From positions 186,001-250,000 of the forward strand of contig RSEE01000082.1 of NCBI GenBank assembly GCA_003971905.1: a DNA stretch of 64,000 bases, read 5' to 3'. The notes under the pieces were generated by a model. That model was given only the letters and a program-made list of their open reading frames with translations. It did not search any database and was not told the DNA's origin. Of the stretch, positions 49,419 to 60,603 are shown piece by piece (the stretch's first letter is position 1; each line of letters opens with the position of its first letter). A program made the position numbers and the translations under genes. The DNA is from Moniliella sp. 'wahieum'. Lineage: Eukaryota.

Positions 49419-50982
49419 ATCTCGGTCTGAGATCTGAACACTCAAGTTGAGTCCAATGTTCAACCACTAACTGCTCCGCCTGGACGGATAAACGTTAAAC
49501 GTATCAACAGTAAACTGCTTAGAAGCATGGGGAGAATTCAAGTCAGCGTGTGGTTCCCGAGGAGCCTACTGTAGAGGCAGTGTGACATGTGACATGTGAT
49601 GCATGATGGTAGAGAGCAGCGTCGTTAACGTGATTGATGTCATTAACCATCATTATCGCGTCTGCGTCTGTTACCTCCAGTCCGTATAAGCCACAATTGG
49701 TTCTATAGTCGATCCTATACAAGCCGAAAGGGCTTGCGCTTATGGCGCTTATATGAGCCAAAAGCGGATGGGATAGGCGATTATAGAGAGAGGCCAGAGC
49801 AGCGCCATCTATACTAGCGGTTAATTATAGCAATAGTGCTTCGTTCGTGCCTTGGTTACAAAAGGGAGAGAGGGAAGCGGGAAGAACACAGAACAGAACA
49901 ACATGACCGTCGATGAGATCGATGGGACTGTAGCTGGTTCTATGTATAGCAAGTGCGAAGCAGAGACGAACGAGCACACACGGAGTACTGCGAGCAGCCT
50001 AAGACCTAACTGCTGACTGTGCTGACTGCTGAACGCTGAACTCATCCTCTGAGGACTCAACCTGAATGCGCAGCCAGCCCAGAGCAAGTTTTGAAAATTG
50101 GCATTGAAGCTTGAAGTATATCTCGAGCGGGAACGAGAACAAGAGAGGAAAGACATCATGCGTGCACGGGGAGTGGCTATCGAGTGGCTTTTGTTGTAGA
50201 ACTAGTCAGCAGTTTTCTAGTCACTGCTAATCACAAGTCACATGCATCACAGCTATACTATATATACCCTGCCTTCTGTACTCAGTGTACTCAGTACTCA
50301 CTGCATGCAGTCACGTCCTCTCAGATCTCAGATCTCACGCGTCACAGTGACATGGCCACAAAATACCTGCAACACCATCCTGGAGGAAGAGGGCACATCA
50401 AACATCTGCCTCAAGCTTCAAGGAGGGTCTCTCAGGGTCTCGATCTGTAGCACCCTCCGGCCTCCCGCGTCCCGTCGCCGTCAACGCGTCTCAACGTGTC
50501 AACTTTAAACCCTTCAAGGTGGGGTGACAGATCTGAGGTCCAAAAGACCTGACAGGTTCGAGATCTGACTGGAGAGTGACTAGTGACTAGTGACTAGTGA
50601 CTCCCCGGCGATGAGAGTCAAGCTGATTGGTTGAGCTTAGTCGAGCTTCAAACTCCAAGTGACGAGTACTAACTAAAGTGATTCCCCCAGTTAGTACGTT
50701 ATACTGTAACAATTTCATTGACAGAGGTTAAGTCTGGGACAGGGGAACACTACGCCTAAACCGACCCGTTCACTTTGCGTGTGTTACTTGGTAGTGCCAC
50801 CATGCTAGGGAACCAGGGGGATCGCCAGGATATCAGGAACCTCTGGTGCTTGCCATCCGCGTACCCGAGGTGGTAGCGCGTGTGGACACGGATGAACGTG
50901 GTAGACTTCCGAGCTATACAACAACACTACTGTCGACTTGCAGCGCTTGAGGTTCTACGCCGCGGTATCTACACGTTTTACA

Positions 50983-51295
50983 TGTTACGCGTTGCACGTT
51001 TTGAAGAGATTCTCCTGCCTCTGCTCGACCCTATGCCCCGGAGGCTTCAGCCACGTTACTACGGCCCAAGCCGGTGCATATATACGCTGCCTTGCCACAC
51101 ATGCAGTGCAGCCACCTATGCTTGACGGCTTTACGGTTTGGCACCCAGCGGCCTCTCTCTCCTCGTCCCTAGCTCCGCTCGGATCCACCACCTAGCCTAA
51201 GCCCGAAACTACCGTGAGTCGACCTACCGTCTCCGAAGGTATTGTACCCCATAACCCTGGCTGAGCCCCTTGGTGGGGCCCCCGTCTCCGTGACA
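50983..51295 (+). mobile_element. Second, related LTR-like fragment; 5' boundary uncertain
   Basis: Shares a 33-nt exact core AAGCCCGAAACTACCGTGAGTCGACCTACCGTC (51199-51231 = 48369-48401) and flanking similarity with the first copy; ends in CGTGACA; TGTTACG at 50983. Confidence 0.5.
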
Positions 51296-51722
51296 TGTGA
51301 CATTGAATCAGGGGGAAGGATGGAAGGGGTGGCTTCCGTGCAGATCTCCCTGGTATATATGTACTTGGCAAACCTGTCTCTTTTCTTGCAATCTATTTGC
51401 GCCCCAGTAGTTTTCCCTTTCCCAGTTTCCTTCGGTGTCCCAACATGGGCATTTGTTCATGCACCCAGTATTGCATGTACACAACTTGGTACATGATCGA
51501 TCTCCGAGTCTCTTGGTAGGATGCGCGGCTGGGCTGGGGGGGGCATCCCGTCCATGAGGATGGAACGGTACAGTGGGGAGCATATAGATAGAACAAGGCA
51601 GCACCATTGGACTTACTAGATTCCTGGCCGACGGCTTGTCGCCGTGACCACACAATAAAGGGAAGGTTCAAGTGACGTACGAACGACACCGCTTGGGCGA
51701 GCCGGGTGGCGTCGTAAACACG

Positions 51723-51772
51723 CGTAACGCACAACTCGTAACGCACAACTCGTAACGCACAACTCGTCACGC
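51723..51772. repeat. 14-bp tandem repeat (CGTAACGCACAACT)x3 plus a partial copy
   Basis: cgtaacgcacaact three times, then cgtcacgc. Confidence 0.9.
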
Positions 51773-54700
51773 GGATGATAATCGATAATCGATAAATCGA
51801 TAATCCAAGGCAGACAATCCCAAACGCATTCACATCTTGGCAGATACATTTCGCACTCGGTTGTAGCGTACATACTCGGACTCAGTACTCAGTCTGAGTA
51901 ACTCAAGTATCGAGGAGTGCTCACCTGCTCACCGGTCACTCAGTCTGAGATCTGAGGGCGACTGAGCGCACGCCTCTCCGCCTCAGCGCTCAGTCCGAAA
52001 TTGAAATTGAATATCCAGATGGTAAGATCAAGGTCGGAGAGACGCCACACCCCGACACGCGTCGGGTAATCTGGCAGCCCTCACGATCTCAGATCTGGAG
52101 ATATCCAGCTTCCAGAGTGGCTGAGAGGCTGGTCCACACGTACGTACATTCCCAGTATTCAGATTGAGATTGAGATTGAGCTATTGAGTCTACATACCCA
52201 GCACTCCATACTGCGTAGTGCCTCTCCAGCGAATCAGTAACCGGTAACCGGTAACCTAGGGCCTATAGTGGGGCCAAGGGAAGATCTCAGCCTGAGGCTC
52301 AAGCCTCAGGCCCTCAGGCCGGGCAAGCCGGTCAAGCGTCAAGCCAAGGGACCAGCGGCTCAGCCAGGAGCACCGCGCGCCCTCCGTCTGAGTACTCAGC
52401 GCGTCAGCCGCTCCGGCTGAGCCCTATTAAACCCTTGAGCCCCCACGGGCGGGTGGGTACACGCATGCATCATACATCATGCATCGAAGAATTCGATCCC
52501 CAAGCTCCCTGGCCAGCAGCTTGAGGCGTTGCATGTTACACGCTGTTAAGCCTTTTGGAAGCGCAGCCACAGGATGTCGGATCGTCGAATCGCACAGCAC
52601 ACAGTACTGTGGTACTACCGAGCACTGGATCATGAATCCTGAGGATTCAGTCTGAGGCCTGAGCGCCTGAGCCTGATATTGATTGAATCCTGCATGGTGC
52701 GGAATGCTATGCGCGCCCACCGGCCACCATCCACACATCCACAACAATTTATCCGCCATGCTCTTGGGGGCGCAGGCGTCCTGTCCGTCTCTAGCTGGTT
52801 CAGCCAAGCCGTCGGAGTGAGTCGTGAACCGTAGCGCGTGACCGCGTGACCGGTATCACCGGACAAACCTCGGTGCTCGTACTTGTACTGAGGCGAGTAG
52901 TCAGCGCCATAAAAATGGTGTGTGTTTTGGCGTGTGTGTGCGCTGATTGGGTGGGTGGTAATGAAATGGATCAAACGAGCGTGGGGGGTGGGATGCTAGG
53001 TGCCTAGCGCCAACAAACACAGCTAGGTGCAAGCCAACAGGGGCTTGGTGTATGGGCAGGTGCGGCGGGGGCGGAGAGAGGGCGAATGTGTGGTGGCGGA
53101 ACCCCGCTGGTGGAGGACTGGGCGCTGGAAGGGGAGGCGCGTGGCGAGTGCTACGTATCGAGGCCGGATAAAAAAAGCAAAGCGAGGGGACAGTGGCGGG
53201 GTGGGTGGGCGAGGGACGGCGACTTGTTTCTGGTATGCTGTGCGCTATGCGATGCTGGGGGGTAGGGTTAGGGTGTGTGAAACGATGCGCGTGATGCAAT
53301 GCACTGCGATGTATAGACCACCGCACGCGTGGCCCGCCCCCAAGCCATAGCAGTCATCATGCATCAGTGCATCTGTGCTTCAGTACTCAGTCTGAGTACT
53401 CAGGGCTGCATTCTGCGCGCCCCGCCACACCGCAGGGTGTGGCGCAGGGTGTGTGTGCCTTGCGACGGCGCACAACAAATGACCCCATGCAGGCGGAATG
53501 CATACGGCTGCTCTGTCCGCTCTGGTGGGACGCATCTGCAGAGGGGACCCTAAGGCCTAACCCCCCCACGCTGTCCCACGTCGCTTCCGTCCTGCGCAGG
53601 GCCTGAGCCTGCCTGAGCATGTCAGATCCGCGGCGGGGCGCCGAGGCAGGCGCGTAGTAGGCGGACGTGCCCCGTCGGCGCATCGGACAGCTGGGCGTGG
53701 GCAGTGTGCTGCGCTGCCTTTGCCACAGCACGCGCCAGCCTGTCTCGATCGCTGGGCTGCCTTTGGCTGCTGGGATGCGCTGGGATCGATGATCGATCGG
53801 GCTGCGTCGGGTCGCAGAGGATGGGTGATCTGAGACAGACGCCATACTATGGCGGGTACGCGCTGGGGGCAGACGCAGGCAGGGGCCTGTGTAGGGGTAT
53901 GTATATATGTATGCATAGCATCCTGCAGCGCATGCACCCGTCCCGACGCGGCCGGCGCCATCTCGGGCACGGGCGATGTGTACCCGCCTGCACCCCGGCG
54001 ACCCCAGTAAAAACCCTGGCACACGCGTCTGCGGGCGTGGGGCGGACCCTCCCATCACCCTCCCTCTGCTCCTCCACCCTGGTCTTCTCGCTTCCGCCCG
54101 CTGGGTCCCGTGCCCTGCCCTATCCGCACCATCGACCCTTCCTTCCCTCCGCTCTGCTCTGCTCCACCTCCATCGCATCTCATCCCCTCCCCTCGTCGTA
54201 CGTGTTACCCCTTCCTTCCCCCATCCCCCACCGACAGCCCACGCGGGGGGGCAGCCTTGCCTCTGGCCAGCACACCTCCTCCAACCGCAAGTCACTAGCT
54301 TCCCACTACCTTCACCAGTCCAGTGCGCCGCCCCACCGTCGTTCTGTGCTCCTGCCGCCACAATCGATCCACTGGCTCTCCTCCGCCTCGTCCGTCGTCC
54401 CGCCGCCCACAACACAACTCCGTCGGCGCCCCACCGATCGCCGACGGTCCGATCCCACACCCCACTTCACATCAGTACTCAGTAGTACTCAGTACTCAGG
54501 GCCGCCACCCGAATCACAGCTGCGCAGCCGGACGCTGGCCATGTCCTTAGCGTTGGCGCACGTGCCCCCCCCGCCCCTAACCCCCCCCCCCGCTTTTCCT
54601 TGTCACATGTCACATCCATCTCGGGTGCTATCCCAGCTCCGTCTCCTTGTATCCGTTACTGACTTGCGCTCCTTCGTTTTTGCCCTCTCTGTGCGCTGCG

Positions 54701-55082
54701 TCACATTAATCTGCACTACTCATTTCCGGGGCTACCGTCATGTCCGCGACTGACCTGCTGCGATGTTGACCGTCACGTTTACCGCCGACCATGCATCATC
54801 ATCATCCCATCAACATCCTCATCCTCATCGTCATCGTCATCGTCATCATCGTGCATGGTCCCGCCCTCTTCAGGCGCCAGGTGTGGTAGCTCAGCTTAGC
54901 TCGCCCTCCAGGTTCAGGTGGATTGAACGGCGCTTTCCTGCTGTGTTGACCTGATCCTTTTAAGTCCAAGTGGGAATTCGGAAAAGACCTTTCTTCACCC
55001 ATCATATTTCGCCTCGCCCCCGGCAACCCCCTCCCCCTCCTCCCTCTAGCGTTACCTGTTCTACCTCCCACGGCGGCCATCC

Positions 55083-57988
55083 ATGCCTCGTCTCGATCCT
55101 ACTGCCGCCGATATTGTGATCGATGAACGGCTTCCTCCTCTGCCAGCGCTTCCGCGAGCGGGATCGACCACTGTGCCCAGCACGCTTGAACGTGCTGCTC
55201 CTACTCCCTCGCGTCGCTCTGGTCCCGAATGGCGCCGGCAGCCCGGCCCATCGTTTGTCAATGGCCCGGGAAATCTGACCTCGGGTCACATTCCCCAGTT
55301 CAATAAGGCCGGCGCGCCACCTGCGTTTCGTACCCCCCAACATCACGTGGTGCTGGCGCAGGGTCCGCAGGTCTGCATCCCTACCCTCCCTCCTTTATGC
55401 CTATGGACCAAGCCAAGCCCGCTCGGATGCCCTTGCGACAATCGGCAATGGGGGCACCGCTGCATCCAAGCATGTCCCCTGATACGCCCAAGTTTGGTGC
55501 GTTTGCCTCGCATCGGACCGGCGGGGCGTATGCGCCGTCGTCTTCCCCCGACGATCCAAGTCGGCGCGGCGAGAATGGAATGAACTTTGCTCCTCTCCGC
55601 TCGCACTCTGGTTCGGCAGCCACTTCGGGTTCGGAATTCTCTTCACTTCATTCGGCCCCTTTTCCCATCCCGGCCTTGCCCCCGCCTCCGCCTCAAATCC
55701 AGACGGGGAGCGTGGGAATGCTGAGCTTGCACGACGAACGGATTTTGGCACCGTTCCTGAAACCACGGGCCAAGCGGCGCCGTGACCACGAGGCAGGTCA
55801 CGCTTCTACTTCTACCAAATCCCGCCCGTCCGTCGACCACACTGATTCCCTCGGTGGCTCGCCCGAGGGCGACGGGGATGTGAAACCACACCTCGAAAGT
55901 GAGGATACTACGAAACCTGCGCTTTCCTCCGAATCGCCAGATGTGCCCACGGCGGATACCACACTACCCGACTCGTCGGCTACCAAGCGCAAACGTCCCC
56001 CCCGCGGTCCAGCGAACGTCCTGGCCCCGTCATGATCGATGGCAAAAAACGATACCCCTGTGGCTCGTGTACACTTACGTTTAGCACCAGTGGTCATGCC
56101 GCCCGGCACAGTCGGATTCATCGTGGTACGTTACATGTCCTTGTGCGCGCTTGCTTGGTTCGTTTTTTTCACGTTGGCCTCTGTCCTCGTGGCGATCCAA
56201 TTTACCGCTTTACCCATCGAGATGCGATCCTGGCTGACCTGCTGACCATTGTGCTTTGCGTCGTGCTTTGCGTCCTCTGGACCTGCTAGGTTCGCGGCCG
56301 TACGTGTGCACCTTTCCCGGCTGTGGCAACCGTTTTTCGCGCCAAGACAATAGCTTGCAGCACTACAAGACGCATGTGAGCGCATCGCGCAATTCGCGCG
56401 ACAATGAGCTAGGGTACTTGCTCAAGTCGGCCGCAGAGATCGCGCAGGAGGACCGGTACATTGCGTTGGGCAAGAAAGCCTTACTGGATGGCACGGCGAT
56501 TGCGGTGATGCACGACGTGTTTGACAGCAAGGGTCGGCGGACGGGGGAGAAACTAGTGCGGTCCGTAGGCGCCGACTTGTCTACTCGCTTGCCTCGGTCT
56601 AAGAACGACCCTACGCCACCGGCGCATGTGCTGCAACGGTGGAGGTGGAACGCAGGCGGCCACTGCGAGTCAACATGGTTACCTCGGTAGGTGCAACCGC
56701 GCTCGAGGCACAGGCACGCCAAGATTCTTCCTCTGCTTCTGCTTCTGCTCTTTCCGCCCGCTGCGATGGCCGACCCCATGGCTCCCATGTCCGACTCGAC
56801 CCGGCTCGGCGCGGCTTTGGGACCGACGATGGCCGCGGGTGGATTGTAGGTGCACCAGTCACTTCTTCCATTGGCGATCCGAGCGGCGGAGGAGGGGCGG
56901 TGGTCTGCCCCCACGCACCATGCCCTACTCCATGTCGACGGCAGGTCCAGGCCCAGGGCCGGGCGCGACGACCGCCAGCGCGGGCTATGGCGCCATGCCT
57001 TCCAATCCCGTTTCCGTAACGTTTGCCGACCCTTCGCTCGGCCCCGTTTCCACGGCGACGGGTGGGCAGCGTCGGGTGCTGATGGCGTGCCGGCCCAGTT
57101 TGGCCCTTCGACCCCAACCGTGTTCCCTCGTGCGAGCACGAGCACGAGCACGTCGAGTAGCAGCGTGACGGGCCGTGTGATGCCGGTCGGCATGGCGGCT
57201 GTCTCGCCTACCAATATGGGTGGCTACGGCCCGTCTGCCTCTGCCTCGCACGCCTCGCATGCGCGCTCCTCAGCGTCCTACCCTCCTGGCCGTGGGCACA
57301 CAGATATGGGCAACACGGTACCCAGCCACTCGCCTACGACCGCATCTGAGATGACTGTCATGTCCGCCGCCCGGGCCCGGGGGGCACCAGCACCAGTACC
57401 GGCACTACCTTTGGCCCGAGCATGACGTCTGCCCGCCCACCACATCCACATCCACCACCACCCTGCTCCCGCCTTCGCCGATGATCAACCCGGGTGCATC
57501 TACGATGTACGTGTCGGGTCCGTCGGGCGCGGTAGGTGCGCAAGGGCTCGAGTACAGTTCGGGACGCGCAGCAGAACGGACCCAGTTCGCAGCACAGGTA
57601 TTACCCTTCGTACGCACAGGCACAAGCACAAGCACAAGCACAAGCACAGGCACAGGCACAAGCACAGGCACATGCACAGGCACAAGCGCCAGGACAAGCG
57701 CCGGGGCAAGCTACGTGGCGCCCGCCCGGGCCAGGACCGAACCAGGCTATGGCCTACCACGCTTCGGGCTACGCTTCGGGCTACGCTCCGTCCGGCGGGC
57801 CCTACTACCAAGCGTCGCCTTCGTACGCCATGACGTCGGCGCCGCCAGGGCGGGTGCACGGCGCAGCCTGTTCCAGGCTGGCGCCTGCGCAACGAAGCGC
57901 GCGTACAATTAATGAGCCGTTGAGTATCGGTCACGGTACACGTACAGGGTACTATACTTTGCCTGCAGTGCGCCTTGGAGTACCTTAG
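55083..57988 (+). CDS. C2H2 zinc-finger transcription factor, Nrg1-like (intron 56127-56289 between the fingers); ends approximate
   Basis: YPCGSCTLTFSTSGHAARHSRIHR|GSRPYVCTFPGCGNRFSRQDNSLQHYKTH matches the Nrg1-family signature (TSGHLARH.RIH..C..PGC..RFSR.DN..QHY.TH); low-complexity tail with (AQ)n. Confidence 0.85.
57614..57688 (+). repeat. (GCACAA/GCACAG)n hexamer repeat encoding poly-(AQ)
   Basis: YAQAQAQAQAQAQAQAQAHAQAQAPGQ in ORF 57536-57988. Confidence 0.85.
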
Positions 57989-58088
57989 TTCGCCGTTTGG
58001 GCCCTGTAGGTGGTGCCCTGTAGCGTTGTGCCCTGTCTGGCTCTTGGCTCTTGGCTGCTGTTTGCCTAGACTCCGACTCTCTCGAGAG

Positions 58089-58125
58089 GTGCAGTGCAGT
58101 GCAGTGCAGTGCAGTGCAGTGCAGT
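58089..58125. repeat. (GTGCA)x7 microsatellite
   Basis: gtgcagtgcagtgcagtgcagtgcagtgcagtgcagt. Confidence 0.92.
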
Positions 58126-59278
58126 CTCTTTTTTCACGACGGATACGTTTCCTCTGTTCTTCAAGTACGAGCGATCCTTGGCTCTTTCCTGTTACCCCGT
58201 CGCCGCTTCCTCTTGGTAGGCGCCACAGTTCTTTTTCTTCCTCGTTCCTCGTTCCTCGGCCCTCGTTTGTTCGTTGTTCGTTCTTCGCCACCGACTATAT
58301 CCATGAGGCGAGACCCGCGAGGCCCAGGCTACCTTCCGTTGCTTCCCCATTGCTCATGATATGCCCTGCTTCGATGTGCGTTTTCCTCTTCCTCTCTCTT
58401 CTCTCTTCTTTCTTTCCCCCCTCGCCATCGCCCCTATAATCGCCCCAATCGCCCCAATCGCCCCAACCGCCCACCCTTTTGTGTTCTTGTTGGTTCCGAC
58501 ACACTTGACGATGCCTTGCTGCCAATGCCCCCCCCCCCCCCCCCATCCGACCGCTTTCCCCTCCCCATTCCTCTCCCCTGCGCTGATGGGGGTAGCTCCT
58601 CGGATGCCTCGATGAATCCCATTTGCGTTTTAGGTCTTTGGGATCCCTCTTGTCCCTTTGGCCTTTTTGTCCTTTTTGGCCCATTTGGCCCATTTGGACC
58701 TTTCACCCGCGCTCTTGCCTTCCTGCCCTTCCCTGCCCTTACCAACTGGTGCCATTCCATCCTCTCTCTGCCCCCGCTTGTTACATGTTACGCACGTTCC
58801 GCCGCGGTCGCAGTACCCAGCCAGCCGGTCGCTCTGGCTTCGATGGTCCCCAATGCCGGTCTCATGCCGATCCCCATTGCGGTCACCGCCAACGCCAGTC
58901 ATCCCTTGCTTTTTTGGATGCCCTCTTACTATCTGCTCCCTCGCCCTCACGACGACGGTCCCGCGGTCCCGTTCTCTCTACGCCCAATTTCTTTGTGTTC
59001 CCTTGCCTTCTTTTCCTTTTCTTTCCTTTTTCTTCCGCTTTTCCTTTCTTTTTTTGTGCCTATGTCTTGTCATTGCCTTTGCCTCTCCCTTTCCCTCTCG
59101 CCTCTGCTTGCGGGATCGATCTCTTGGGCGGATGGGCAATGCGGATTGCTTCCCTATGCTAGTTGGGAGTTAGTTGGAGGGTGCGGTAGGATGGATAGGC
59201 GCTGAGCCGGGCCGAGGGTTGGGACAGCAGGGGAAACGTTTCGCACGTCCGTTTGCGCTCAGCCTGAGCGCGGAGAAT

Positions 59279-59481
59279 GAAGGAGAAGGAGAAGGAGAAG
59301 GAGAAGGAGAAGGAGAAGGAGAGAGGAAGGAGAAGGAGAAGGAGAAGAGAAGGAGAAGGAGAAGGAGAAGAGAAGGAGAAGGAGAAGAGAAGGAGAAGGA
59401 GAAGGAGAAGGAGAAGGAGAAGGAGAGAAGGAGAGGAGAAGGAGAAGGAGAAGGAGAAGGAGAGAGAAGGAGAAGAGAAGA
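59279..59481. repeat. (GAGAAG)n polypurine microsatellite, about 200 bp
   Basis: Uninterrupted purine tract of gaagga/gagaag units. Confidence 0.95.
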
Positions 59482-60603
59482 GGTTGAGGAGGATCCATGT
59501 AGTAGGCACATATAGGGAAGTATGTGTGGATTGGCAGCCGTCAGCAATGCCATTCTGTGGTGTCCCATTGAGCATTCCCAACCAAAAGTATTATGCCAGT
59601 CCCCCCCCCCCCCCCCCACACGTGCCGCACTGGATCGTGCATCGCCCATCGCGAATCGCCAACACCCGTAACCAGCTGCATACCAGCCTGGAACCGCGCC
59701 CCGTGGGCGTGAAGCGGAAGCAGAGGCGAGGGAGGGGTACGTCAATCCTGCCCAGGCTACCCAGGCTGGCGTCCTACCTCGCATTGGGGATGCCCCCACG
59801 ATGCGATGAAGGTCGTGATGCATACTAGTAGTCATGATGATCGATGACTGAACCGAGGCCATCCCAGGACACACCCGAGACCAGTGGACCGGACTGGCCT
59901 CGACCCACAAGGAGGGCGCTCTTCCTCTGTCGAGCCAGATCACCTCCCACCAACCTGGTACTCGTCCGAGTCGCCGGGGCAAACTAAGGCGCCCAACCCG
60001 GTTGCTACCGCGGTCCATCCTGCTACATCACCGACGGCAGCGAGTGGGGGGCGGTAACCGGTCTACGCAAGGGCAGGTACAACCTGGGCTAGGGAACAGC
60101 AGGAGGGGGGGCGGGGGCGTCCAACTTTCATCTTGTATCGCAACACAATCCTAGTGCCGTCCCAGTGCACCGAGACGCTATGGTAAGTCCTGGCCGTGGC
60201 CTGCTCTCTGGGTGGCACTACAATCTGGGAGTCCATGTTGGTCCATATTCCCCACTGCGAGCGGATGTACAGCGGGGCGTAGTGCTGGGACGGGATGCGC
60301 CGTAGGGTGGGGGCAGGCAACGCGCCCAGTGACTGACCAAGTCGAGCTCAGTGCCCCTCGTACTTTTCCCCAGCCCCAAACGCACCACAAAGCCAGAGTA
60401 GGTACGTCCCGTCCCCGTGGGCGGCACCTCACGAATACAACTGGGGGGGTGCGGAAAAGATGCATTCCTGTCTTTCCCGTTCCGGAGGTAAGTCAATCGA
60501 TTGTCGTTTCCGTATACGGGGCGAGGAAGGGCAACGGGGATGGGATGCGGAGAAAAGACGCGCATCAGGCCCCAGGGTGGCCTGTGCTTGCCAAGGCATC
60601 GTA

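Larger units (their letters stand above)
48450..54500. repeat. Dense field of short palindrome-derived tandem arrays (7-bp period) in the long non-coding region
   Basis: AAGCTT 48727-48757 and 48917-48937; AGATCT 48819-48838; AGGCCT ~49050-49082; ACATGT 49267-49287 and 49581-49599; ACTAGT 50575-50602; ATCGAT 51777-51804; ACCGGT 52237-52256; AGTACT 51881-51900, 53380-53403 and 54472-54499. Confidence 0.85.

Noticed and set aside
47631..51295. Single intact LTR retrotransposon
   Set aside because: No gag/pol ORF, the two repeats are strongly diverged and differ at their 5' ends, the PPT precedes the first rather than the second copy, and no target-site duplication was found.
32728..51772. 13-bp, 14-bp and GTCAAC repeats as CRISPR arrays or telomeric repeats
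   Set aside because: No unique spacers and no cas genes in a eukaryotic context; the units do not match TTAGGG-type repeats and are internal.
59159..60018. ORFs with poly-EK, poly-R, poly-SP or poly-L
   Set aside because: They are translations of the (GAGAAG)n microsatellite; the (AGAGC)n ORFs at 41648-41986 are likewise artifacts.
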